Virus record (IMG/VR): IMGVR_UViG_3300033067_002581 | Coordinates: 90,908-154,907 of that record | Strand: one strand, 5' to 3' | Length of the DNA: 64,000 bases | Source: a virus | Taxonomy: Duplodnaviria; Caudoviricetes | In this document: positions 39,338 to 48,457 of the stretch, piece by piece | How the letters are laid out: the number at the start of each line of letters is the position of its first letter | Numbering within the stretch: position 1 is the stretch's first letter | Made by a program: the position numbers and the translations under genes | Notes under the pieces: generated by a model | Database searches by the model: none | The model's input: the letters and a program-made list of their open reading frames with translations, nothing else | What the model was told of the DNA's origin: nothing

Positions 39338-40245
39338 AAGTATGGATGCATGCGCCTCGTGAGGCATGGATAGTCGACAGGATCGTTGCTGAGTTTAAGG
39401 TCTCTAACGCAGACATCATTGTAGAGCGCCCAGATGACGCCCAGATGATCTGGGCTCCAGCTGGGTGGTGCGTCGATCAGCTCGTTCATTACAACAAGCC
39501 GATCCTTTCAACCGTTCATCACCTCTTTGCTGAAAAACCAGAGCAAGCTAGGCACGTAGCTGATCATGACAGGTTTGTGACCGCGTATCACGTTCCTAAC
39601 GTAAGAACGATGCACGAGCTTCAGAAGATAACCAGCAAACCGATCTATGTTGTGCCCTACTGGATCAACAGCGAGATGTGGTTTCCGATCACCCCCGGTG
39701 ACCGCGAGATGGCTAGAAGAAGCCTAGGCATTAAGGACTCTGACTTCGTCTTGGGGTCGTTCCAGAGAGACACCGAGGGCTCCTGCGATACGACACCTAA
39801 GCGTGAGAAGGGACCAGATATTTTCTGTGATTATGCTGAAGTTCTGAACAGCAGAAACTCGCACCTGATCGTGCTCCTCTCTGGATACAGGCGACAGTAC
39901 GTCATGAGTCGCCTTCTTTCAAAGAAAATCAAGACGTTGTATGTAGAGATGGCTCCGTCATCATCAATGCGCTGGTTATACAGCGCGCTTGACCTCTACG
40001 CCGTATCATCTAGGTGTGAGGGTGGGCCACAGGCGCTGCTAGAATGCGCTGCGTGTTGCGTCCCAATCATATCAACGCCTGTTGGAATGGCGGAGCAGCT
40101 GCTCGCTCCTGAATCAGTCAGCGAGCGACTGGAGCTTGCTGAAGCTAACATAGATGTCGCTAGAGATAAAAGTCTCGCGCTGCTGACGCCTCATGCGTTT
40201 ATCGCATATCGAGACATGTTCAAACACTTTTTGGAGAATAGATGA
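39334..40245 (+). CDS. GT4-like glycosyltransferase
   Basis: EKG, LYSALDLYAVSSRCEGGPQALLEC..P.ISTPVG (EX7E). Confidence 0.9.
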   Translation: MKVWMHAPREAWIVDRIVAEFKVSNADIIVERPDDAQMIWAPAGWCVDQLVHYNKPILSTVHHLFAEKPEQARHVADHDRFVTAYHVPNVRTMHELQKITSKPIYVVPYWINSEMWFPITPGDREMARRSLGIKDSDFVLGSFQRDTEGSCDTTPKREKGPDIFCDYAEVLNSRNSHLIVLLSGYRRQYVMSRLLSKKIKTLYVEMAPSSSMRWLYSALDLYAVSSRCEGGPQALLECAACCVPIISTPVGMAEQLLAPESVSERLELAEANIDVARDKSLALLTPHAFIAYRDMFKHFLENR

Positions 40246-41870
40246 TCGCTGGAATCTGGTCTGGACATGATGCATCCTTCGCTACGATGCGTGACGATGG
40301 TCAACTCATCACGCACTGTGAGATAGAGAGACACGCTCGTGAGAAGGAGATCGCCGCTGACTCACTAGAATGGCTATCAAGATCAGAGGATCTGAAGCAG
40401 ATAGACGCATACGCGACGTGCTGGTCGACGGCCGCCGTAAAGAAAAGCTACAGATACGCAGAGATAGCGAGCAAGCGGTTGCACGTGATCGGTCATCACG
40501 AGGCCCACGCCTGTGAGGCGCGCTTCAATAGCAAGTTTGATTCCTGCTCAGCGCTGATCATCGATGGTGGCGGGTATGATGATGCAGATGGACACACAAT
40601 CGCGACTAGCATCTGGTCATCGCCTGATGGAAACTCGCTATCGCCAGTTCTCAAGATACCTGAGAACGAGCTAAACATCGGCGGTGTCTGGACGAGAGCC
40701 ACGAGGTATGTTTTCAGGCTTGAAAGCGGATGGCCTCAGGGTCATCAGGCGGGCTCAGTGATGGCCATGGCAGCTATGGGCGATCCACGCAAGTACAAAG
40801 AGAGGTTCGCGTTAGCTTTCACACGTGATCGAGCCAAAGCGCAGCTGACGCCGACTGGTCACATTAAAGGCATGTCAGCGAAGGACCCTCGCTCTCCTAA
40901 GCACCCATATTTCAGTGACCTTGAGGCGCTCGCAGCGTCCTCAACACAGGAGATGTATGACCTCGCGGCTGGATTGCAAGCCGCGACTGAGGATCTAGTC
41001 TTTAAGCTGTTTGAACGCTCTGTGCAGGTGTCGCGAAACGTCTGTTTGGCTGGTGGTGTGGCGCTGAATTCCGTCATGATCGGAAAGCTAGTTGAGAAAT
41101 ATCCACAGGCCGCGATATATGTTTCAGCTGTCCCGTATGACGCTGGATTGTGCATCGGCGCCGCTAAGCATATGATTCATGTAGCTGATCGCGTTCCATG
41201 GGAAAAACCACGTTCGTGGAACGTCCCGTATCGCGGTGGTCAATACACTGATGGCTCTCAGGCGTGTACAGAGAATCTCGTGTCGCTCGCCGCTGAGCTG
41301 GGACTCGCCGTCAAGCAGGCGGGTGATGATGATGTCATAAAAAGACTGATGAACGGAGAGATCGTCGGCGTGTTTGCTGGAAGATCAGAGAGCGGCCGTC
41401 GGGCGCTGGGTCACAGGAGCATCCTCGCGGATCCACGTCAAGCTAGCATGAAGCAGATCGTTAACGATCGCGTCAAGCACCGCCAGGCGTACAGGCCTTT
41501 CGCTCCATCAGTGCTTCGTGAATGCGTCACTGAGTGGTTCACCGTCGACTGTGACTCACCATATATGAGTTTCGTGCTGAGATTCAAACAAGACAAAGTT
41601 AAGATGGTGCCAGCGGTCGTTCACTCAGACGGCACGGCGAGGCTGCAGACGCTGACGGCTGATGACAATGGCTGGTACTATCAATTTGTTCGCAGCTGGC
41701 GCGATGTCTCTGGCGTCCCGATGATACTGAACACGAGCTTCAATGACCGTGAACCGATATGTGAGACACCACGTCACGCTCTGACATGCTTCAAGAACAC
41801 TGACATAGACGCGGTGTATTTTGTAGACCAACAAGTGGTTGTTATCAAACCGGAGAATGCACGTGAATAA
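40242..41870 (+). CDS. O-carbamoyltransferase, NodU/CmcH/TobZ family
   Basis: GHDAS, EIER..R.K, HHEAHA, DGGG, VMAMAAMG, AGGVALNS, GRSESGRRALGHRSILADP, RPFAP, DGTARLQT, LNTSFN..EP. Confidence 0.95.
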   Translation: MIAGIWSGHDASFATMRDDGQLITHCEIERHAREKEIAADSLEWLSRSEDLKQIDAYATCWSTAAVKKSYRYAEIASKRLHVIGHHEAHACEARFNSKFDSCSALIIDGGGYDDADGHTIATSIWSSPDGNSLSPVLKIPENELNIGGVWTRATRYVFRLESGWPQGHQAGSVMAMAAMGDPRKYKERFALAFTRDRAKAQLTPTGHIKGMSAKDPRSPKHPYFSDLEALAASSTQEMYDLAAGLQAATEDLVFKLFERSVQVSRNVCLAGGVALNSVMIGKLVEKYPQAAIYVSAVPYDAGLCIGAAKHMIHVADRVPWEKPRSWNVPYRGGQYTDGSQACTENLVSLAAELGLAVKQAGDDDVIKRLMNGEIVGVFAGRSESGRRALGHRSILADPRQASMKQIVNDRVKHRQAYRPFAPSVLRECVTEWFTVDCDSPYMSFVLRFKQDKVKMVPAVVHSDGTARLQTLTADDNGWYYQFVRSWRDVSGVPMILNTSFNDREPICETPRHALTCFKNTDIDAVYFVDQQVVVIKPENARE

Positions 41871-42843
41871 GAAGAAGATCATAGCTGTGATCGGTCAGGG
41901 GTTCGTTGGTGGGTCGCTGTCTATCGGGATGCAGCACGCGTTTGACGTATATGCATATGATAAGAGTGGCAAGCTCGCTGACGGCGTCTATGATGGGACT
42001 GCGCTGTATGAGATTCGTGGCCCTCGTGAACGTTGGAGCGGTGATAAACACAATCCACACATCGGTAACATTGGTCAGCTTGTCTCTGTTTGCGAGGTCG
42101 GGGCGCCGGAGCGTTTCACAGGCGTCTATTTCATCGCTGTCCCGACGCCAATGACGGCGGAAGGTAGAGCTGATCTCTCGATCGTTGAGAGCGTGTTGCG
42201 TGAGCTCGCGAAGATTGATCGCAATGACGGTTTCACAAACAGGATCGCTGTCATCAAATCGACATGCCCACCAGGTTCCACACAACGCTGGAATGAGATG
42301 TTTGCTGACACGCCGCTACGTGTCGTGTTTAACCCTGAGTTCCTGACTGAGGCGAACGCAATCGATGATTTCAAGAACCAGGATAGGATCGTCCTCGGAG
42401 GTCCGAGACCGTTTATTAACGTAGTCAAGGGCGTGTTCGAGACAGCGTTTCCAAAAGTACCGATCGTCAAAACGTCGTCGACGACGGCTGAGATGGTCAA
42501 GTATGTCACGAACGTATCGCTGGCTGTGAAGGTCGCGCTCGCCAACGAGCTGTCACAGGTATGTGAAGCTCTTGATAGCAGTGGGTTAGACATTGATTAT
42601 GACAAAGTGATCGAATACGCGACGCTTGATAGGCGTCTCGGGACGTCACACTGGAAGGTCCCGGGCCCAGATGGGCACCGCGGGTTTGGAGGGTCCTGCT
42701 TTCCAAAGGATCTAAACGCGCTAGCGGTCGTGGCTCATGATCATGGTGTCAACGCGCATGTGATGCGCGCGGCGTGGAAAAAGAACCTCGAGGTCAGGCC
42801 TGAGCAGGACTGGATGAGCCTCAAAGGAAGAGCGGTCGTCTGA
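41857..42843 (+). CDS. UDP-glucose/GDP-mannose 6-dehydrogenase family, short form without C-terminal domain
   Basis: GQGFVG, VPTP, KSTCPPG, NPEFL, AEMVKY, GFGGSCFPKD (catalytic Cys). Confidence 0.92.
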   Translation: MHVNKKKIIAVIGQGFVGGSLSIGMQHAFDVYAYDKSGKLADGVYDGTALYEIRGPRERWSGDKHNPHIGNIGQLVSVCEVGAPERFTGVYFIAVPTPMTAEGRADLSIVESVLRELAKIDRNDGFTNRIAVIKSTCPPGSTQRWNEMFADTPLRVVFNPEFLTEANAIDDFKNQDRIVLGGPRPFINVVKGVFETAFPKVPIVKTSSTTAEMVKYVTNVSLAVKVALANELSQVCEALDSSGLDIDYDKVIEYATLDRRLGTSHWKVPGPDGHRGFGGSCFPKDLNALAVVAHDHGVNAHVMRAAWKKNLEVRPEQDWMSLKGRAVV

Positions 42844-42846
42844 AAC

Positions 42847-43857
42847 ATGAAAAAAAATAATCATCCGTGGCGAGTTGCGACAGCCAACACACTCTCGATC
42901 AGAGCGAAGGCCGCGCCAGGGCAGCTCATCCCATGGTTGCCGTCAGCCGCGCTCATCAAGAGCGTGCTTGCGCATGATTCTGAGGAAGATCGATATGTGA
43001 ACGATCGCACAGCGACGCTGCTTGACGTGACACCACCAAAGTCATGGTACGGAGATGCATCAGTCGCGCTCTCGGTTGACGTTAAGATCGCGAGCGCGTC
43101 GCTCGTACGTAACGAGTCTGAGTTGTTCAGGATCTCGTCAGCAGATCCAGAGTTGACGACAGCTGTCGCTGAGCGACTTGTCATGACAACAGTCGCACAG
43201 GCGACTGTTCTCGCGCTAGCTGACGCGCGAGAGGGTGTCAGGCGAGTGATGACGCGAGTAGGTGAACCTAACGCCGTTATCGCGTCAGCTGACAGCATTG
43301 TCATGATGTGCAGAACTCCAGAGCAAGAGTTTGCGGCGTCTGTCGTGTTAAATCAGAGACCTACTACAGTACACGGCGCGATGTACGCAAACACATCATT
43401 GGGAAAACGTGTCATATTTGGATCTAGCATCATCGATGCGTCAGAATCTGACATCGCAGCTGCAGCATTGACTCACGGTGAGACGCTGATCTGGCTGTCA
43501 AGAAATGAGCATGATTTCACGTATGTGCTGTCACAGAAGACGTGCGTTCCATGCGTACCAAGAGACAGAGATGTCACTCTAGCAACGAGACACGCTGCTG
43601 GTAGAGGAGACTGCAAGTTGCGAGACTTGAAGTCGAGATATGCGTTCATCTCAAGCAGTCCGTCTGATGCAAAGCAAAGCTTTTCATCGATCGTTAGCGT
43701 TGGGCTATGCCCGATAGAGGCGATAGTTGTGTTAGACTTTGGGTGTCAACCAATGTCCGTCGCGATCACGACCTCCGTCTCTGATGAAACGTTAGTCGGA
43801 CTCGATGACCTTGAGACGCTTGATCACGAGACATCAACGAGGCTACTCCTGTCATGA
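42847..43857 (+). CDS. Hypothetical protein
   Basis: 336 aa ORF coupled to both neighbours; no motif recognised. Confidence 0.55.
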   Translation: MKKNNHPWRVATANTLSIRAKAAPGQLIPWLPSAALIKSVLAHDSEEDRYVNDRTATLLDVTPPKSWYGDASVALSVDVKIASASLVRNESELFRISSADPELTTAVAERLVMTTVAQATVLALADAREGVRRVMTRVGEPNAVIASADSIVMMCRTPEQEFAASVVLNQRPTTVHGAMYANTSLGKRVIFGSSIIDASESDIAAAALTHGETLIWLSRNEHDFTYVLSQKTCVPCVPRDRDVTLATRHAAGRGDCKLRDLKSRYAFISSSPSDAKQSFSSIVSVGLCPIEAIVVLDFGCQPMSVAITTSVSDETLVGLDDLETLDHETSTRLLLS

Positions 43858-44681
43858 CTGACACCATCACTGAAACGATCGCACCGCTTGTTCTTCCTAC
43901 AGGAAAAGCGTATATCTCTTACTCAGAGATATCAGAGTGGGCTCGGTGCAGCTGGAAGCACAAGCTGAAACACGTTGACAAGATCGTGACTGACGATCCG
44001 AGCCCGTACCTCGTGTTTGGCTCAGCTGTTCACGCATGCTGTGAGTCGATCTTGCGAACGCGAGCGTATGATGTCGAGCAGCTTAAGAAATCACTGACGG
44101 ATGGGTGGAAACAGCACGAGGATGTCGAGTCGTTCAAAAAATGGAAGGTCTCAGACGCGACAAAAGAGGCGATCGCTCTGCTCGATGATATCCCGGCGTT
44201 CTTAGATGAAACGTTCCCGAGTTGGACATTAGCTGACGCCGAGGCGAGGCTATTCGAGCCGATAAAAACCCAGCCTGGAGTCAGCTTTAAAGGTTTCATC
44301 GACTGTGTCATAGCCGTGCCGACGTCTAAAGGCGTGACGCTGTGGGTCATAGACTGGAAAACATCCAACCGCGGGTGGTTTCGAGACAAGAAGAGCGATC
44401 CGATCACGCTAGCGCAGGTTGTCCTGTATAGACATCACCTCGCGAACAGAGACGGGTTTCCGGAGATCAACGCTCGATGCGGGTTTATCGTACTGAATCG
44501 CAGCGCAAAACCTGGAATGAAATGTGAGCTAGTGAAGGTGTCAGCGGGACCTGTCACGGTGCAGAGAGCTCTCAAGATGGTTGACAACGCTGTCTCATCG
44601 ATCCGTAAGGGTATCGCTATTAAAAACAAAGGCGACGCCTGCAAGTGGTGCGAATTCAGCAAGACTCCTCGCTGCCCATGA
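43854..44681 (+). CDS. PD-(D/E)XK nuclease, Cas4/RecB-like with putative Fe-S staple
   Basis: ISYSEI...RC, GSAVH, E, GFID, IDWKT, Q..LY, CKWC.....C. Confidence 0.88.
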   Translation: MTDTITETIAPLVLPTGKAYISYSEISEWARCSWKHKLKHVDKIVTDDPSPYLVFGSAVHACCESILRTRAYDVEQLKKSLTDGWKQHEDVESFKKWKVSDATKEAIALLDDIPAFLDETFPSWTLADAEARLFEPIKTQPGVSFKGFIDCVIAVPTSKGVTLWVIDWKTSNRGWFRDKKSDPITLAQVVLYRHHLANRDGFPEINARCGFIVLNRSAKPGMKCELVKVSAGPVTVQRALKMVDNAVSSIRKGIAIKNKGDACKWCEFSKTPRCP

Positions 44682-44727
44682 TGTCATAGCCATCATAAGA
44701 TTCTTGCATATTCGCGTCTAAGAGCGT

Positions 44728-44733
44728 TAGTTA
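44728..44733 (+). promoter_or_regulatory. Candidate late promoter TAnTTA (TAGTTA)
   Basis: In the 89-bp gap before GT4 gene 44771. Confidence 0.35.
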
Positions 44734-44770
44734 TCTTCTTGCATCACCAATTCCACGACAGAGAGAGCAC

Positions 44771-45994
44771 TTGCGTAAAATAAAAGTACTGTTTTTGAGC
44801 GATCACCCAATGTCTCCAACTGGAGTTGGGACTCAGGCGAGGTGGCTGATCGACGGTCTTGTGAAGACGGGACGCTACACGTTCAGGTGTTTTGGTGGAG
44901 CTGTCAAGCATGAGCGATATGATGTCATGCGCGTCAGCGACGATCTCGTTATACGCCCAGTTGACGGGTTCGGTGATCAGAACCTGCTGAGGCAGACGCT
45001 CTCTGCTGAGAAACCGGACGTCATGTTGCTCTTTACAGATCCGAGATTTTTCATATGGATCTGGGAGATGTCAGATGAGGTGCGATCAGTCTGCCCGATA
45101 GCGTATAACCATCTATGGGACTGCGAACCATATCCAGCGTTTAACGATCCTTTCTATCAGGACACTGACCTGATAAACTGTATCAACAAACCCACTTTCG
45201 ACATGCTTAGCGCTCGATTCCCAGATAAGACAAACTTCATCCCTCACGCAGTGCCAGAGGAGCTGTTCTTTCCAGAATCAGATGATCTACGTAAGCGATT
45301 CAGATCACAGCTGCTTGGCGTCGCTCGAGACGATCATTTTGTTGCTCTGTGGATCGCGAGAAACGCTCGTAGAAAACGCCCGAATGATATGTTGGCCGCC
45401 TGGGCGCTTTTTATGAAGGACAGAGCTCCTAAGAGCGCTACGCTGATCATGCATACGAACCCATCAGACTCTGAGGGTCCGAACCTGATCGCGACAGCGT
45501 CAATGCTTGGCATCGAAAATTCTGTAAAATTCTCTGCAGAGATAGTCGGATTTGAACAGATGCGAGCTTTATACGCAGCGTCAGATGTCGTCATAAACAC
45601 GAGTATGAACGAGGGATTTGGCGTCCCAACTCTAGAAGCGATGTATTGTGGCAAGCCGATCATCGCCCCAATGACAGGTGGTCTGACGCACCAGCTAAAA
45701 GACGCTGACGGTGAACCGACAGGTGTTGGCTTAGAGCCTGACGTCAGATCGCTAGTCGGTGGACAGCTTGTCCCGTACATTTATGAGGATTTGGTCAAGA
45801 CAGAGAGGTTTGCTGACGCTCTATGTCAAGTTGAGAGCTGGGGGCCTGTGAGACGCAAAGAGGTCGGCGCACGAGCGCGGAGATACGCAAAAACTGAATT
45901 CTCAATGAAGCGCTTGATTACGTCATGGGATGAGTCGCTCGTCAAGCTAGCTAACTCATGGTCACCGTCTCCAAGAATCGCGGTCATCAGATGA
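44771..45994 (+). CDS. GT4 glycosyltransferase
   Basis: PTGVGTQ, IPHAV, RNARRKR, NEGFGVPTLEAMYCGKPII. Confidence 0.92.
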   Translation: MRKIKVLFLSDHPMSPTGVGTQARWLIDGLVKTGRYTFRCFGGAVKHERYDVMRVSDDLVIRPVDGFGDQNLLRQTLSAEKPDVMLLFTDPRFFIWIWEMSDEVRSVCPIAYNHLWDCEPYPAFNDPFYQDTDLINCINKPTFDMLSARFPDKTNFIPHAVPEELFFPESDDLRKRFRSQLLGVARDDHFVALWIARNARRKRPNDMLAAWALFMKDRAPKSATLIMHTNPSDSEGPNLIATASMLGIENSVKFSAEIVGFEQMRALYAASDVVINTSMNEGFGVPTLEAMYCGKPIIAPMTGGLTHQLKDADGEPTGVGLEPDVRSLVGGQLVPYIYEDLVKTERFADALCQVESWGPVRRKEVGARARRYAKTEFSMKRLITSWDESLVKLANSWSPSPRIAVIR

Positions 45995-47139
45995 AAAAAA
46001 TCCTTCTAAGAGCTCCCGTCTTCACGCAGTCAGGATATGGCGTTCACGCCCGCCAGCTTGCTAAATGGCTCTTACGACGTTTTGGTAAAGAATCATTGAG
46101 GATCCAACCCATGTCATGGGGGATGACCCCGTGGTATCTCTCTGGACCTGATGATGACATAGACACCCTTCGTGATCTTATTGAGACAACTCCTACAAAA
46201 TACGACGTTAGCTTTCAGCTACAACTGCCTACAGAGTGGGATAGAAATCTATCAGATGTCGTTGTTGGAGTGACAGCCGGCGTCGAAACTGACAGAGCGC
46301 ACCGCTCATGGGGTGAGGCGTGTAACTCTGTCGCGCGCGTCATTGTGCCATCAGCTCACGCAGCTAAATCGCTTATCGCGGCGAGTGCAAACGAATCGCT
46401 GATCAGGGTCGTTCCAGAGTCATTTACGAAAGTGAGCGTTGGCAAGCAAACTCCGATAAAGCTAGGACTCAGCGATGACGCTTTCGGCGTGCTGATCGTG
46501 GGTCAGCTGACACACGGAGCGCCAGAGGCTGATAGAAAGAACATCTTTAATACGATTAAGTGGACTAGAGAGTTTTTATCAGCTGACAAAAACGCAGCCA
46601 TAGTCTTAAAGACAAACTGTGGAAGAAACACAGCGATCGATTTCACCGTCATAAAAAACACGTTCACAAAATTCATCTCTGAGACGTGTCCAACAGGCCC
46701 ACCAGTGCACATCCTGCACGGTAATATCTCAGACACAGAGATGACCTCACTGTATCAGAGCAAGAGCATCAAGTGCTTGGTGTCGCTCACGCGTGGTGAA
46801 GGGTTTGGCCTACCACTGCTTGAAGCTGCTGCGTCAGCGCTCCCTGTCATCGCGACTGACTGGTCTGCTCATACAGAATATCTCGGAAGTCGCTGGACTC
46901 GAGTTTCTAAGACGTTAGTCGAGATCCCAAAGTCGCGCGTCGACAACACCATTTTCGTGCCAGGCGCCAAGTGGGCAGAGGCTGACAAAGCCAGTTATGG
47001 TCAACGCCTGCTTAAGACGCGAGACAGCTATCGCGTTCCAAAAGAGTGGGCGATCGAGCTGCAGCGCAGCATTACGCAGACGCACTCTCAGGACGCAATA
47101 GAGCGAGCGTGGGATGCTGCGACGCGTGACATACTATGA
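45991..47139 (+). CDS. GT4 glycosyltransferase
   Basis: SGYGVHAR, DRKN, TRGEGFGLPLLEAAASALPVIATDWSAH. Confidence 0.92.
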   Translation: MKKILLRAPVFTQSGYGVHARQLAKWLLRRFGKESLRIQPMSWGMTPWYLSGPDDDIDTLRDLIETTPTKYDVSFQLQLPTEWDRNLSDVVVGVTAGVETDRAHRSWGEACNSVARVIVPSAHAAKSLIAASANESLIRVVPESFTKVSVGKQTPIKLGLSDDAFGVLIVGQLTHGAPEADRKNIFNTIKWTREFLSADKNAAIVLKTNCGRNTAIDFTVIKNTFTKFISETCPTGPPVHILHGNISDTEMTSLYQSKSIKCLVSLTRGEGFGLPLLEAAASALPVIATDWSAHTEYLGSRWTRVSKTLVEIPKSRVDNTIFVPGAKWAEADKASYGQRLLKTRDSYRVPKEWAIELQRSITQTHSQDAIERAWDAATRDIL

Positions 47140-47450
47140 TGACGCTCCTTTTCATACTATCGCTGATCGCGAACGTGATGTTAGCCACGTGTTTCACAAT
47201 AACGTGGCGTCGCTATTGGATGTTTGTTACTAACATAGATGCGAATGTTTCTCGCCTCAGACAACACTATGCGGCGATAAAAAAACTATCACAGCGAGAG
47301 ATACTATCAAACGATATCACTGTGATGGCGTTTGTCAAACACATCGCCGCCGCGAATGATACACTTAACGTGATCTTCGATAAGATCACAATTGAGACTG
47401 AACCAGATGAAAATGATCAAGAAAAGAGCGAAGAGGAAGCCCAAGTCTGA
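47136..47450 (+). CDS. Small protein with N-terminal transmembrane helix
   Basis: LLFILSLIANVMLATCFTITW followed by helical region and acidic tail. Confidence 0.5.
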   Translation: MMTLLFILSLIANVMLATCFTITWRRYWMFVTNIDANVSRLRQHYAAIKKLSQREILSNDITVMAFVKHIAAANDTLNVIFDKITIETEPDENDQEKSEEEAQV

Positions 47451-48123
47451 CTCTTCGCCACCTGAGAATCGCTATTATTTCACAGCTGATACTCAGGCTG
47501 CAATCGTAGAGTTTCAAAGCGAGCCAGACATCGCAAAGAAAAAAGAACTCTATACGAGCAGGATACAGCCAGCGTTTGTCGCGTTAGCCGACAACCTGAT
47601 TCGCATCAATCATTACGAGGGTCTTTTTAAGAGTCGTGACGAGCTTAAACATGACTGCGTCACGTTTTTATATGAGACGCTGGGTAAGTTTGATAACGCT
47701 CGAGGATCAGCGGCATTCTCATATTTTAACGTCGTCGCTAAAAACTGGCTCACTGTCAGTTCGCGAACGCGCGCGGCGCGATCAAAAAAAGTCGTGTCGA
47801 TTGATACAGATCCTTCTCGCGATGCAGTCAAAAACATGCTAAATCAGCGACTGACTCCATCACCGGATGATGTTTCTGATACACCAGATCTACGAAAGAT
47901 CTTGCGTTCATTACAAGAACAGTGTCATGATTTTTCTGACGCAGAACACAAGTGCTTTTACGCGATCCTCCAGATATGTGACGATCCAGAGATCGTAGCT
48001 GACGCAAAACGTACGCATATAATGGCTGCCCTTAAAGGGTTGACAGGTCAAGGCAGGGATTTCTCTTCAGGCATCAGCAGGCTGAGAGAGAGATACAAGG
48101 CTCTGAGAAAAGCTGATGTCTGA
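47392..48123 (+). CDS. Phage sigma factor, T4 gp55 late-transcription-like
   Basis: YYFT..TQ.AI, LADNLI, ELKHDC...LYETLGKFD, AFSYFNVVAKNWL region-2-like motif; start may be 47408/47414. Confidence 0.72.
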   Translation: MRLNQMKMIKKRAKRKPKSDSSPPENRYYFTADTQAAIVEFQSEPDIAKKKELYTSRIQPAFVALADNLIRINHYEGLFKSRDELKHDCVTFLYETLGKFDNARGSAAFSYFNVVAKNWLTVSSRTRAARSKKVVSIDTDPSRDAVKNMLNQRLTPSPDDVSDTPDLRKILRSLQEQCHDFSDAEHKCFYAILQICDDPEIVADAKRTHIMAALKGLTGQGRDFSSGISRLRERYKALRKADV

Positions 48124-48457
48124 AGAACTCCTTTCACAGAAAGATTTTAGAGACCTTCTCGAGTCTATCTCATCGATGGACGAGAGAAAAAGAAAACTGT
48201 GGATGCTGATCTATACAAACGCGATAGAGGACAGGCAGCGCGCGCTCGAACAATACATAGACCTCAAAGCGATAGTCATCGGTAAGTCAACAGAACACGC
48301 GATCCATGGTAAGACGATAGCTGGATTCATTGAGAGGATGAGCAAAGCGAATGACCAGCTTCTCAAGCTTGCGGATCTGATAGAGTCAGCGGAACAGAAT
48401 AAGGACGAGCCTGATGAGGATGATCTATACCAGCAGATAAATGGTGGTAGAAAATGA
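48116..48457 (+). CDS. Helical hypothetical protein, candidate terminase small subunit
   Basis: HGKTIAGFIERMSKANDQLLKL resembles the central helix of T4 gp16; acidic tail. Confidence 0.35.
   Translation: MSEELLSQKDFRDLLESISSMDERKRKLWMLIYTNAIEDRQRALEQYIDLKAIVIGKSTEHAIHGKTIAGFIERMSKANDQLLKLADLIESAEQNKDEPDEDDLYQQINGGRK

Noticed and set aside
43854-44681. Cas4-like gene as part of a CRISPR-Cas system
   Set aside because: No repeat-spacer array or cas1/cas2 in the window
31627-47139. Glycan cluster as a host O-antigen locus (prophage boundary or chimeric contig)
   Set aside because: Same compositional style and overlap pattern as the phage genes, contiguous with sigma/baseplate genes, and lacking membrane assembly genes
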